NCBI RefSeq assembly: GCF_006345805.1
Contig: NC_043011.1
Coordinates: 372,001-436,000 of the forward strand
DNA from: Octopus sinensis
Lineage: Eukaryota
Reading direction: 5' to 3'
Length of the DNA: 64,000 bases
The stretch's first letter is position 1; the number at the start of each line of letters is the position of its first letter. The position numbers and the translations under genes were made by a program. The notes below the pieces were generated by a model that saw only the letters and a list, made by a program, of their open reading frames with translations, was not told the origin of the DNA and made no database searches. Below, one piece after another: positions 40,380-52,736 of the stretch.

Positions 40380-41165
40380 AAACATATATGCATATAGAAA
40401 ACAATGCGAATGTATTGGCAATTAGTAAATCAGTGCGAGACCTGGGTATCGACATGAGTGATGATACCTCTTTCCAAGTGCACATTGCCGGGATGGCGAC
40501 AAAGTACAACGGCTGGATCCTGAGAACATTCAGAATCAGAGAGAATGGAACCATGATAGTCCTCTGGAGGACATTCGTCCTCAACCGCTTGGATTACTGC
40601 TCCCAGCTATGGTCACCCCGCAGTGTAAGATTAACAGCGAACCTTGAAGCATTCCAGCGAAGCTTCACAAAGAAGATCGTCTCATTGCAACAGCTCAGCT
40701 ACTGGGAAAGGCTGAAACGCGAAGGAGGGAGAGATATGCAGTAATGTAGATTTGGAAAATCATGTAGGAACTGTGCCAAATTTTGGCATTGAAATTTACT
40801 CAAATGCCAGAATGGGTCCCTACTGCACAGTGCCAAACATCCCAACAATGCCATTGCGCTTCAGGACCAGTTACTGCAACAGCCTGGGTTTCAAAGACCC
40901 ACAGCTTTTTAATATTCTCCCAAAGAGCCTGAGGGACCTACAAAAAGTGGATGTAGGAGTTTTCAAATCAAAACTGGATCTCTTCCTGTCGAGAGTCCCA
41001 GATGAACCTACCTTGCGGCAGTGGTGCAAATGATGGTAGCGACATCAAACTCGCTTATTCACCTAATGCCACATATAAGAGGAGGCTCTGAATAATAACA
41101 GTGTAGCAAAACGGCGGTACCCCAGCATGGCCACAGCTTTGAGCTGAAACCAATAAAATATAAAA
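40380..41165 (+). mobile_element. CR1-like LINE 3' fragment with intact tail
   Basis: VRDLG, RLDYCSQLWSP, LEAFQRSFT, SYWERLK and FKSKLDLFLSRVPDEP; tail GGCGGTACCCCAGCATGGCCACAGC. Confidence 0.8.
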
Positions 41166-41749
41166 CATAGCTGAAGTGTAAAAAATTAGGAGTAAACACG
41201 ATGAATATGCACTTCACTCATTTTTATTTTATAAATATTTTTTCAAAAATTTCCTCATAGTTCTATGCTTTCAGTAATGGGAATATCTTATGTTTCTCCT
41301 TTCAGAAGCTTGCTTATGGTGTATGTTTACTGACGATCATCATCACGTGGTTGGTTGTGAGCAAGAATGCTGCTGTATCCTTAAATTGAAAGATGAGGCT
41401 GGCTGTATGTTTTATAAAATAAGCAAACTCACGAACGTTCAACCATATTTTATTGGTAGAAAACTTTGCATAATAATACGCAAATTATCAGAGATTCACT
41501 GGTTATCAGAATAGTAAGTAGGAACAACAAATACTTCTTCGATGTCTAACACTGGGTGCATGTCTTCTGATATCAGCTATCAACCTGTTGACTCCTTTCA
41601 CCCCACTATCTTTCTCGGCCTTCCTCTTCTGAATATTCATTTCACTCAGAGTGTTTGGTACTTTGTACCCAATTATCCTCCTCTGTATGTCCGTTCCAAT
41701 GCAGCCTTTTCTCTTGCACATTACATCGAATTTCTATAATTACTAGGTT

Positions 41750-42560
41750 TTCTCAGATCATTTGTTCTGTCATTCTTGTATCCAGACATTACACATTCAG
41801 TGGCATATGATCATTTCTGTTTTTTTATAGCTTTGCATAAACTTTGCGCTCAATGCTTAAGTTTCACAACATGTGCACAGTTAGTGTGACATGGGGTGTG
41901 GCATAAACGTTGTTGCTGCTAATTATTCTGCATATTGTATTACTGTTAATTTTGTCGTTTATTTTGAACATAAATATTTGCCAGCCCTCTAGTTTTCTAT
42001 GATTTATTTTAGTTGTTGATACTGAATTGTATTCCAGTTGTGCGTGATTTTGATTAATTGCATCTTAAAATTGTCTCAGGTTTTTATGAAGCAAGCTATT
42101 TCTGGTATGGGTTGTATTTTATATGTCTTGTGGAATATGGTTTTTGATGTAACTATAAATTATTTTGTTGACTGTATTTACTGCAGTGTTGGTATTTGTG
42201 ATGTTTAACTTCGGAAATAATAAATCTGTTTCTTGATGGAACTCATTCCATTGTAGTTTTGTTTTTGAAGTTTGTAAAAGTGCTTTATTCATTGTTGTGC
42301 GAGTACTGATGATAAATTGACAAGTGATCTAAGAAGAGTTGGGGAAAGCTTATGTGGTAAGCTGGCAATGATATTTGGGAAAGAGTTGTGTAGTTGCTTG
42401 GTGCTGTATGTGTGTCTCTTGGTGTGGAATGTTTAGGGCGTATTATGTCACATCTCTTGTTAGCTGTACCATATAAAGTCTTGATGTGCCGATTGTATTG
42501 AAGTCTCTCTCAATGGTGGTATGTGTGATAGTTATCAAAGTGTTGTAGATTGATTATGAA
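41750..42560 (-). mobile_element. Highly degenerate LINE endonuclease-linker remnant
   Basis: A/C-rich minus strand with RDFN and KLQWNEF..TDLLF-like segments; motif support weak. Confidence 0.35.
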
Positions 42561-42619
42561 ACCTAATGGGACAACTGTGCATGAAGGTGGTAATATCTTC
42601 TCAAGACAGAAGGCTCAAA

Positions 42620-43780
42620 TAATTAAGCCGCCACAGCCCGCCACCCATGTCTGTCCTGTGCTATTCTGCATAGTTCTGCAAAATTTCCACCACTAGCTTC
42701 TTTGATGTTATTGTTGAAATTAGTTTCAGATCTTTCTCTTCTCCTTTTGTCATATTCTGCATCTGTTAACAGGAACTTGTCAGGGTCTTGTCTTGTAAAG
42801 TTCCATTTTCTTTTCATGATAGTATTTAACAGTCTTTCCTGTTATCTTGTGAAGAATTTTATCTTGTGAAGTTTGTCAGTTTGTTTTGTCTGTCCAGCTT
42901 ATTCTGAGAATGCCTCTACAGCACATTTGTTCAAATACCTTAATTTTCCTTTAATCTATTTCCCTTATAAATGAATTGAAGAGTCATTTTTTGTGCTCGC
43001 TCTTCCATATGGCCTTGCTCTTTCATATGCTGTTCAGTGATATCATGGCATTCTTGGCTATGCCAAGTCTTCTCTTGATTTTATGGCTGTCATTGTGGTC
43101 ATTGGTAATAAGAGTACCAAGATATAAAAATTCTTTTACGCTTTTGATATTTTCATTGTTTATTGTTATACCATCATGTTCATTGTTTGTTGTGTTTTAG
43201 TTATTTTCATTACTTTTATTTTTTTGCTGGGGATTAGATGAAGCCCAGATTGAGTACTTACATCGTTTAGTCTATTAACTAAATCCTGTAGTTCTTGCAT
43301 GTTGCTAGGTATGAGGACTACATCATATGCATACCTCAGATTTATGATGACCTTCTTAATAATTTTGTTTTGATACTTCCAGTGAAACCATACAACATGT
43401 CTCTCATTATTGTTTCAAAATATATATTAAAGAGGTGTGGAGAAAGGATGCAGCCCTGGCAGACACCTCGTTCAATGTCAAACCAGTCTTTTAGTGCATA
43501 AGTTATTCGAACTATTGTACTTTGTTTGGCATTGTACTTTGTTTGGCAGATATGCCCTCAAATGTCCGATGAGCCACTCTTGCCTCCCATAAAGAATAAT
43601 CAACCAAATAGTTTTACTATTAGTTGCCTTATTTTTAGTATAACTATCTTTAAAAGACATCGATTTATCTTTAGAATGAAAAAAGCGGTGTAAGTAAGGG
43701 TTATCTTCCTTCCTCTGTTTGGTGTTGGCGTATAAATTAAAATTGATATCGTTTATATCCTTACAACTAGATTTCATGTC
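42620..43780 (-). mobile_element. RTE LINE RT-to-3' fragment
   Basis: DWFDIERGVCQGCILSPHLFNIY, NLRYAYDVV and AQDRHGWRAVAA. Confidence 0.75.
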
Positions 43781-43789
43781 TCCATTAGT

Positions 43790-44650
43790 AAAGGTAGAAT
43801 ACTAACATCAATTTAGCTAATATCATCCATCCCATTGGGATATTGATAACAAGGTTATTGTCTCTGAAGTCAATTCCAACAGAATTAAGTTATGTCAAGT
43901 AACTCTAAAATTAAAAATTCTATATACCAGTGTAAAATTACTTCAGGTACCGATGTCTTTTTTATATAGGTAGTTCTTCTTCTCAGTTATCTAAAAGAAT
44001 TTCTAATCATTACTTTACATTTAGGGATAGGAATAAACGTAACAGTACAGGGCTTAGTAAATTAATTTGATATCTAAAAGACCATGATAAACAATTTAAT
44101 TTAGATTGGTTGATTCTCTCAATTTCGTTCCCCTATGATAAAGGCAAGATATTCTGTCTTCTCTGTAATTCTAGACTATTTTTTATTCTTTTTTCAAAAA
44201 ATCTCCTTGCAAACACAGTTATAGAGCGTGCTTATCGATGCAAACATTAGTTCATATAAGTGATATCTATCATTATATATAATTTAAACATTGATTTTCT
44301 TCTTACATTTCACTTTCACTAGATATATCTTTCCCCAAGACTTTAGGGTTTTATTTAATTTGCATATCGTTTTATACTTCTCATTTATTTGGTTTCTGAT
44401 TTTTTCTTTCCTTTACCCCTCCTCTTTCTATAGGTTACCTTTGACGTTATATCTTCTAACTTTTATAAACAAAAATTAACAGGGTTCAGTTCATCACTAT
44501 ACATATCCATCATATTCTGTTAAAATGTCTTATTGACGAGTTTTATTTCTTCATTTCCCTGAAGAGAAGATTACATTATCTTACACCATTTTATTCCTTT
44601 GGAATAATACCAAAGATATCTTCGAAACATGTGTCGGAAGTAAAAGAACT
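43790..44650 (+). mobile_element. PLE GIY-YIG 3' fragment ending in an HHR
   Basis: IYQCKI...FYIGSSS..LSKRISNH...STGLSKLI..LKD...FCLLC. Confidence 0.75.
44553..44641 (+). ncRNA. Hammerhead ribozyme with canonical core and branched stem II
   Basis: ATTTCC/GGAAGT stem I; CTGAAGA; GAAGAT/ATCTTC; GAA-AC(ATGT)GT-C; predicted GUC cleavage after 44635. Confidence 0.85.
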
Positions 44651-44746
44651 CCATATATATATATTTGTATGTATGTATATATGTATATATATATGTATGT
44701 ATATATATTTATATACATATATACATACATACAAAATATATATATG

Positions 44747-44786
<40 letters not shown>

Positions 44787-44814
44787 CATACATAGATATA
44801 TATACATATATATA

Positions 44815-44864
<50 letters not shown>

Positions 44865-44871
<7 letters not shown>

Positions 44872-47500
44872 TTTAGAGAAAAACACTATTAAACAATTCA
44901 ATAAAGAAAGATGTTATTCATACCATACAGAAAACATATACTATAAAAAACTTTATTTTAAAAATCAATAAAGTACAATAAATAGTAAATAGTAGTAAAA
45001 AGACTACGCACGTTTCATGGCTATATTTTTAAATAGATAATAATAATAAAATCAATTCGATTCAAAATTAAATCGAACTAAAATTAAATTCTATTTAAAA
45101 ATGTAGTCACTCATCAGGTCTAAGATAATAAAAATTAATAATAGAATAAATGTACTTATCTTAACTTATACTAATTATCAAATAAATATATAAAAAATAC
45201 GTGTATTAACTATAAATAATCGAAAAGCGTTTAACAATATTTCTTAAAATAAAAATATAACTTATCTTGTCGAAGGATTTTCGTTAACTAAAAATTTAAA
45301 CGTATAACGTCGAACTTAGCGTTTATGAGAAATATATCGCGTGAAAATATGGCGTAAATAGAATTTATAGAAGAAATAGACAGAAATACGTATTTAAGCT
45401 ATTAAAATTAAAAATGCATTTTAGCTGTAAGAATAAGGAAAAAATTAATTTTAATAACTGGAAAAATTGTAAAGTCCAAATAATTTAAATACTAAATACG
45501 TAAAATAGATAAGATAATAAACATAAACTAAGCTAAAATTCTATAATTTAATCTATTTTTATTAATTAATTAAACATCTAATTTCCAACTTATTCTAATT
45601 ATGTAATATAGACTATATAATCTCGTGCTAATTTATACACATTTTACTACTACAAATTGTAACTACAACAATTAATAACATAAAATAGAGTTTATATATA
45701 TACACAAATTAGCTAAGCTTATTATATAAGTAATTTAATTGATGCCTACATTTAACTATTAATTAAATTTTTATCATTAGTTAATAATGTCTCCTAAAAT
45801 ACGTTAGTACATAATAAACAAAAATTACTACCTATTCGATATGATTTTGCCTTACAAACTATCTCCCAATTTAAATTGAACTTAATGTTTTAAAATTTTA
45901 GTTCCCATATACTAAGGCCAGTAGAATTAATTAAATTTCTATTCTTAAAAGAATTCATGTGTTGAGCCACCCGTAATTTAATTTTATTAGAAGTCGACCC
46001 TATGTAAATAGCATTTAAATTATAACCATTCCTATAATTTTCATCAATGAAAGTCACTACACATTTATATACTACATCATCAAAATTACATTTATTATTA
46101 AATTAACATTTAGTTTTATCTCTACACGTACAATTGATTATATTATTATTATTATTGGAATAATTATTTGATTTTTTTGGTAAAACTTATTCAGCTTAAA
46201 TTTATTAAATGAAGAAATAATGTTATCTACATTATTAGTTGTAGAATAACCAACTCTAAAATTATTACTAGAAAAAATGTTATATTTTTTATTATTTCTA
46301 ATGAATACTTTAATTATAGTTAAAATCTCTTTATTAATGTTTGTTTTAACTTGAGCTCCATAACCAAATTTTTTTTTTATTAATATTATTATATTTATTT
46401 TGTATATCATTAAATTTATTATTATCATTAAATGAATTAAATTTAATCTTATTTTTTAGTCTATTATTATATTTATGTTTTGTATTACCATAATTACCTA
46501 AATAATTCTTACTGTTAGGTTTATTATTATAAAAAATATAGGAATCATTTATATTATAATCTTTTATATTATAATCATATTTAGAATTATTAAATAATTT
46601 AATATTATTATTATATCCCGCCTCTGACAGGGCTTCATTATAATAAGGTGCATGTTTTTGGAAAATCTCAAAATTAGAAGAAAGCAACGATATTCTTTTA
46701 CCTATATTATCTATCAATGATTTCTTAACAGAAGGTGGATGATTACTATTAGCATTAATATATCTAAGGTTTTCATTATTTTTATGGAATGGTTGGGTTT
46801 TACCTGATATTAAATTAAAATTAGCATCTAAATAATTAACATTATAGTTCACATTATATGTAGTAATACTCAATCCATATCTTAAAAAAACTATATAGCT
46901 TCTTCTTATATAATTCTAGTGTTCTATTGGTGCAATTCTTAGTTATTAATAAAAGGTCATCCCAATATAGACCACCCTTCAACTTTAGTTTTTATAATTG
47001 AAGTTCCGAGAATCGGGTGCCCCCATAGGTATATCAAAATAGTTCTTAGTATTCTTCCTAGCCCACAATTTATTATTATATCTAATCAACGATTTCCTAG
47101 CCATTTTAACAACATCAACTTCATCATAACTCATTCCTACCTTATTCATTGCATAAATTAGAGCCTTATTGAGTACTATCTCATTAATAGAAGAATAGTA
47201 ATTATCTATATCTATTTGAATGAATTTATATATATTTTTATCTTTAATATCATTAAACCATTTTAAAGTATCATTAGTACTAGTCCAAAGTTTAAGGTAA
47301 TTATTTTCATTTAATCTATTAATATATCTATCTAAAATGATCTTACTTAATTTACGTAGATCTGATTTACATGGACAAATAAGTCTAACTTTTGGGTCAG
47401 AATAAAAATTATCCTTATGGTCTTTTAAAGTAATTCTAGGGTGCATAGGTACATAAGGTTCAGTTTTATTATCTAACTTATATTTCATCACGATTACTTA
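44865..47500 (-). mobile_element. Very AT-rich PLE (RT, Asn-rich linker, GIY-YIG, pseudo-LTR with HHR)
   Basis: RITLKDHK..F..PKVRLI, QIDIDNYY, FDIPMGAPDS, YINANSNHPP, VYKCVV...YIGST..KLRVAQH. Confidence 0.85.
45001..45121 (-). ncRNA. Hammerhead ribozyme with canonical core and very long stem II
   Basis: AGAC/GTCT; CTGATGA; about 20-bp stem II (G TGACTAC ATTTTTAAATAG / CTATTTAAAAAT ATAGCCA T); GAA-AC(GTGC)GT-A. Confidence 0.8.
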
Positions 47501-47591
47501 AGAGTCCTTATTTATATTATACATACACACACACATATATATATACATGTACATATATATATACATATATATACACATATATATATACTTA

Positions 47592-47628
<37 letters not shown>

Positions 47629-47809
47629 TTATACACACACACACATATATATATATATATACATATATATATACACATATCTATACACACACGTATATAT
47701 ATATACATATATATATATATACACATATACATACATACACACACTAACACACACACACATATATATATATACTTATACATATACATGTATATATATAAAC
47801 ATATATTTA

Positions 47810-47975
47810 TTTATATTATATTACAGAGTATTTTTTTATTGAATTGTTTAATAGTGGTTTTTCTGTAAATTATATACATATATTATATATTGTGAAATTT
47901 GATTTAAAATTGTTAAATTGAATTTTTCCCTGTAAGTTTTGGAATTATATTCCTACTATTATTATTATATAAACG
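47810..47975 (+). mobile_element. Inverted pseudo-LTR terminus at the 5' end of the 45-47.5 kb PLE
   Basis: Reverse complement matches 44865-44910 and the 13821/54895 terminus family. Confidence 0.7.
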
Positions 47976-47989
47976 ACCGTCACCTGTCA

Positions 47990-48730
47990 GTCAGCGAAGC
48001 TGATTCAGTGTCAGCTTGTCTCACCTAATGATGTTATTTCCCGCTGGCATGTTATACCTTTCAAGCCATTTTTGGTCTTCCCGCTTCAGCCATATATAGA
48101 AGCTGGCTTTTTCGACCGCCTCCTCTACTCTCCTTATTAGTTTTCGCAGCTCGGAGCTAGAAAAAACAAATCTTCTTTTGAAAAGCGTTGTCATTTTCCT
48201 TTCAATGAATCCTCTAGCCCCCACTGCCAGGTGATAATATTCGACATTCCATCCCTGTTCTCTGCATTCTTCGATTAGCTTTTCGTACCTCTTCTCTTTT
48301 CGTTCCTCTGCATTGCCGATGTTCTCTTCCCAAGGTACTGTCAGTTCTAGTAAAATTCCTATTCTCCGGTCTCTGTTCCATAGGAATAAATTCGGTCTTT
48401 TTCTGGTTTTTATTAGTGGAAATATTACTTGTCTTTCCAAGTCCGTGGCCACCTCCCAGTATCCCTTGCATCTTTCGTCTATCTCGTATACTTTACTTGT
48501 AGGCCTGGTTTTATATCCTTTTCCCTCCTTGTGGAAGTATACCACTTCTACTTCTATTCAATCTCCTGTTATTCACCTTCCACTCCGTCTTCTCGCCTAG
48601 TATTTGTTTTATCCCTTCTTCCTTCTACACTATCTCTCTTTAAGCTGCCCGCACTCTCCCTGCCCTTTACTCCCTTTTTTCTGCTTTCCAAATCCAGCTT
48701 CAGAATAATGTCTTGCACCACGATGTGAAC
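47990..48730 (-). mobile_element. HERO-like RLE non-LTR 3' fragment
   Basis: ORF 48021-48545: RPNLFLW..GILLELTVPWEE..AEERK..RY..L..CREQGW..AVGARGF..AVEKASFYIWLKR. Confidence 0.8.
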
Positions 48731-50001
48731 TGCTATCGGCTAATTTTTCCCTCCCGACAAAAATGTCTATGAAATGAACCCATGAACTGGTCGCATATCC
48801 ATGACTTTTTGTACATTCAATCTGTTAATTATGAACATTAAAACCCGTATGCCACTGCAACAAAGAGTACAGTGGGGAAAAAGATCGGAAATAAACTCAA
48901 GAAAGTGAGTTATAAATTTGTTTGAATTATATCTATAAAATTACATTAAAAAGTCAAAATTGTCCTGGAAACTACAAATGTTCAAACATCAGTTTATCTA
49001 TCTGTTTCTAAGGTTATATATCATCATTAATTCTTGGAACAGCGATGAGGAGAAAAGAGAAACTGAAAAATAGGGTGAAAAATGTATTGAGTCTATACCC
49101 CAGACATCACAAATCTATCACATAAAAAAAACAACAACTTTTAAAGTGGTCAATATAATCGATAATTGCTTTGGATAGGAAACAGAATGATATCTTGAGG
49201 GTGAAATAATTATTCTGGAGTAAATTTATCCCTTTCTGATGATATATTAATTATTCATACCGGTAATGAATGAAAAATAATCCTAAAAGACATCAACAAC
49301 TCAGTAATTCGGGTGAATATTGGAGATCTATATAAAAAGTAAAATGAAATATAAAAGTAAAGTGAATGATTAGAAAAATATTTTACCCTATTAAAAATCG
49401 ATAACCAGTCGATATTTTGTTTATCATTTTTCCTTATTTTATCATCTTTTGGTGTAGTTTTGTTTCTTTTCATATTTCCTCAAGAAGTGTTTTCACCCGT
49501 TTTTTTCTCAATAATCATAAGACAAGTAAATAAAGAGATATGTTTATAAATACATAAATATATTTATGAATAAATAGAAAAATATATACAAACATAGTAA
49601 TTTTTCCGTTATCGGTTTTATGTACTGAAATTAATGTTCTAAATTTCGTAAGAGTCAGAAGGTAAATTAAAAGCAAATACCATGCTCTATACAATTGCTT
49701 AGTAAAAAATGTATTTAATAAAACGTTTATCTTGATGTCAGACGTGCTGTAGAATGTGTGTTAAGCTTCTGATGAACTGAATGTTTAACCAGATTTATTT
49801 CCTTTGTAGCCATTTCCTTTCATTAACATCTACAATGCTATAAAGAATGGTACAAATAACCCACCTGTCTTATATCACTCTTACTTTGGTGTCGTTAACA
49901 CTTCCCTTCTATTCGGAGCTATCTCTTTTGACTTGAGTGTTTACTCGGATACAAATTTGAAGATAGTGATGATAAAGGAGTCACTTTTTAAAACCAATGG
50001 C

Positions 50002-50423
50002 GGATCTTTTCGGTTTGAACGGCAGTTTTTAACATAATTTCTAGGTAACTAAAAAATTTTAAACTTCGTATACTGGTAGAATGTGTTTATAAAACATCTT
50101 TTTCTCTTGACTTTATTGAGAAAATTCTATAGTTTGTAAGATATTTGTTGTTTTTTCTTCAATTTATGCAATTTCAACCAATCAATGACGGCTATTGAGG
50201 TAAAAAAAACATTCTGTGTCGTATGAATATGTCCCTCGTTTAAGAAACAGATTGGGTTTATTTACATTTGTGAAGAAAAAAAGATACCCTTCCCCCACCC
50301 CTAACCCTAACCCTAACCCTAAAACAGATTGAAATGCAATATATCTATACTAGGGCCATAATTATGGGTGACAATTTCATATGACACTCCTAGAAAAAAC
50401 TGCCGTTCAAACCGAAAAGATCC
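50002..50423 (-). mobile_element. TTAGGG-carrying hAT MITE (copy 4)
   Basis: Intact TIRs and a perfect 8-bp TSD CCAATGGC (49994-50001 and 50424-50431). Confidence 0.95.
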
Positions 50424-50624
50424 CCAATGGCTGCTAAACAACAAATAACTCCGTTTTATTTTGCTTTTTGAGATTTTGTTTTTACAGAATTACATAGGTA
50501 CACACTTGCGCACACATGCACATGCATTTTTGTGTGTGCATGTGTGTGTATGTGTGTTCACGCGGTTGTGAACAGATTTGGTTGAACAAACACGATGAAT
50601 AGAACTCTCTTCCTCTCTCTCAAG

Positions 50625-50657
<33 letters not shown>

Positions 50658-50819
50658 AAGAAAGAGAGAAAGAAAGAGAGACAGAAACATTAACCGCATC
50701 GATTTCATGCCTTACTCGTGATATTTGTTTTGCATTTCCCATTTCTCCACCCTAAAGGTGGAGACCGAATTTGTGGAAATGCTTATATGCATCCACTACT
50801 GGTTGCATATACAACTGGT

Positions 50820-51288
50820 TGACCTTTCCTCGCAAATACTAATCGGACACTGTGTGTCGTTAGCCAGCTGGAAGAGTTGTCTTCCTGGGACTATAAACAA
50901 CAGTAGCTCTATCCTGTATAGGATACTATACTTAGTTGGCAATTATGTTACGATTCAGTACCGCTACTGTTTATATCTTGCTCAGAGATTTAATATAATA
51001 TATATCTCTCTTTTACGAGATTAGCGACAGTGATTTGCAAGTGGAATGAGCTTTCACCACTAGCTAGTGATTAACACACGCTGAGGAAGGGTAACCACTC
51101 AGAAACTTGAGTCCGTGTGTATCACGTAAGGCTATACATTGAAGCGATGACCTCCCCTCGCAAATACTAATCGGACACAGACTGTGGGTCGTTAGCTAGC
51201 TGGAGAAGATGTCTTCCTGGGACTATAAACAACAGTAGCTCTATCCTGTATAGGACGCCACACTTAGTTGGCAATTATATGTTACGAT
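50820..51288 (+). mobile_element. Terminally redundant non-coding element with a central HHR (retrozyme-like)
   Basis: About 135-bp direct repeats at 50820-50954 and 51148-51288 (period 328) with an HHR between them. Confidence 0.6.
51074..51120 (+). ncRNA. Hammerhead ribozyme with 7-bp stem I
   Basis: ACACACG/CGTGTGT; CTGAGGA; A-GGGT(AACC)ACTC-A; GAA-AC(TTGA)GT-C; predicted GUC cleavage after 51113. Confidence 0.8.
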
Positions 51289-51299
51289 ATATGTATACA

Positions 51300-51480
51300 C
51301 ATACATACATGATTGATCGCAAGCCACTAAACCGTTCTTTTATTTTCTCCCTCTGTTTATTTCTGTGTTCCTTTCTATTGAAGAGCTCGAAACGTAAAGG
51401 ACTTTCTCACTTCCTGAGCGTTAAACTAATACATCTGTTTGTTGTTTACACACCCGTCTTCGTCTTTTGTTTTATTAAAA
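51300..51480 (+). mobile_element. Second copy of the 11.7 kb short element, HHR stem II collapsed
   Basis: CCTTT-CTATTGA-AGAGCTC-GAAACGT-A-AAGG at 51370-51400; remainder matches 11765-11850. Confidence 0.7.
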
Positions 51481-51529
51481 AAAATTCCAAGGGGACGTAA
51501 ACACACCAACATATATATATATATATGTG

Positions 51530-51750
51530 GGTATGTATGTGTGTGTTTGTCCCCCACCACCAATTGGCAACCGGTGTTGGTGTGTTTACGTCCCCTTAAC
51601 TTGGCGGTTTGGCCAAACAGATCAATAGAATGAGTACCACACTTAAAACATAGAAAGTACTGGGGTCGATTCATTCTAATATAATACTTCAAGGTGGTGC
51701 CTCAGCGTGGCCGTAGTAAAATTACTGAAACAAGTAAAAGAATAAAGGCA
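51530..51750 (+). mobile_element. SINE 3' half related to the 13.5 and 31.3 kb family
   Basis: GTTGGTGTGTTTACGTCCCC...GGGGTCGAT...GGTGCCTCAGCGTGGCC..ACTGAAACAAGTAAAAGA; inverted 20-bp piece at about 51491-51510. Confidence 0.7.
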
Positions 51751-51857
51751 AGCAAGAATATATATATATATATATATATATGTATCTATAATTTAATAAA
51801 TAAAATATATGCATACATACATATATGTACGTACCTACATCTACATGTATATATACA

Positions 51858-51924
<67 letters not shown>

Positions 51925-51929
<5 letters not shown>

Positions 51930-52330
51930 TACAGGACACCACAAATAGACGTAGAACTCAACGAGAAACGAAAACATAAAAATAAACATGAAAACGGACT
52001 TTTTTTTAACAACGAAAAAACAGAGTACAAGACAAACAATACAAGGAATATTCCCCTTCATCAGCTGTCTCTGGTTCGACTCCATGCGTGTTTCGAAGGT
52101 AAGGACAGAACACGACCCGTCGAAATAGTCCTTCCTACAAAAGAATTAAATAAAATTCCTTTGCAGAGGGGTAAAAACAAGGAAAGAAAAAATGTGACAA
52201 GAACAGGACGTAAAAGCAATACAAATAAAAATACAAATAAAAATACAAATACAAAATAAAAATACAAATACAAAAAAATACAAAAAAATACAGTACACAT
52301 AAAGAATAAAAACAGGACAAAGAAACCAAC
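51925..52330 (-). mobile_element. Probable PLE-type pseudo-LTR repeat abutting (TA)n
   Basis: Strongly strand-biased non-coding repeat with CAGCTGATGAAGG; no complete HHR found. Confidence 0.4.
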
Positions 52331-52665
52331 ATTGAGGGCCTTTTTTTAAGCCTAGACGATGGAAAAATTCAGAGCGCAAGAAAAAAGTCGTGTTGACTTG
52401 CAGAAGGTCGCCAGCGAAAGGAAGTTGGTCGACTCGGCAGTGAGAGAGATGAGGAGGAGTGAGAGAGGGAGAGAGAGAGAGATAGAGAGGAAAGGAAACC
52501 AGAAAGGGTGAAAAATAAGGAGAGAGACAGGCAAAGAGGAAGACAGATAGGAAGGAAGGGAAGGTCAAGCAAAGGGTTACAGAGTTTCGCGTCATAGTTA
52601 TATATAAAAACTTACTTGGAGAAAGGAAAGAAACGAAACGACGCGATATATATATATACCATATA

Positions 52666-52736
<71 letters not shown>

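Noticed and set aside
41306-41389. Possible terminal exon KLAYGVCLLTIIITWLVVSKNAAVSLN*
   Set aside because: Only an acceptor-like site supports it, two frames are open, and there is no upstream partner
45130-46130. Organelle-derived (NUMT) insertion suggested by extreme AT content
   Set aside because: The minus strand encodes a recognisable PLE GIY-YIG domain and no mitochondrial gene motifs are seen
52040-52130. CTGATGA and GAAAC motifs on the minus strand
   Set aside because: Wrong order for a type I fold and no consistent stem I could be formed
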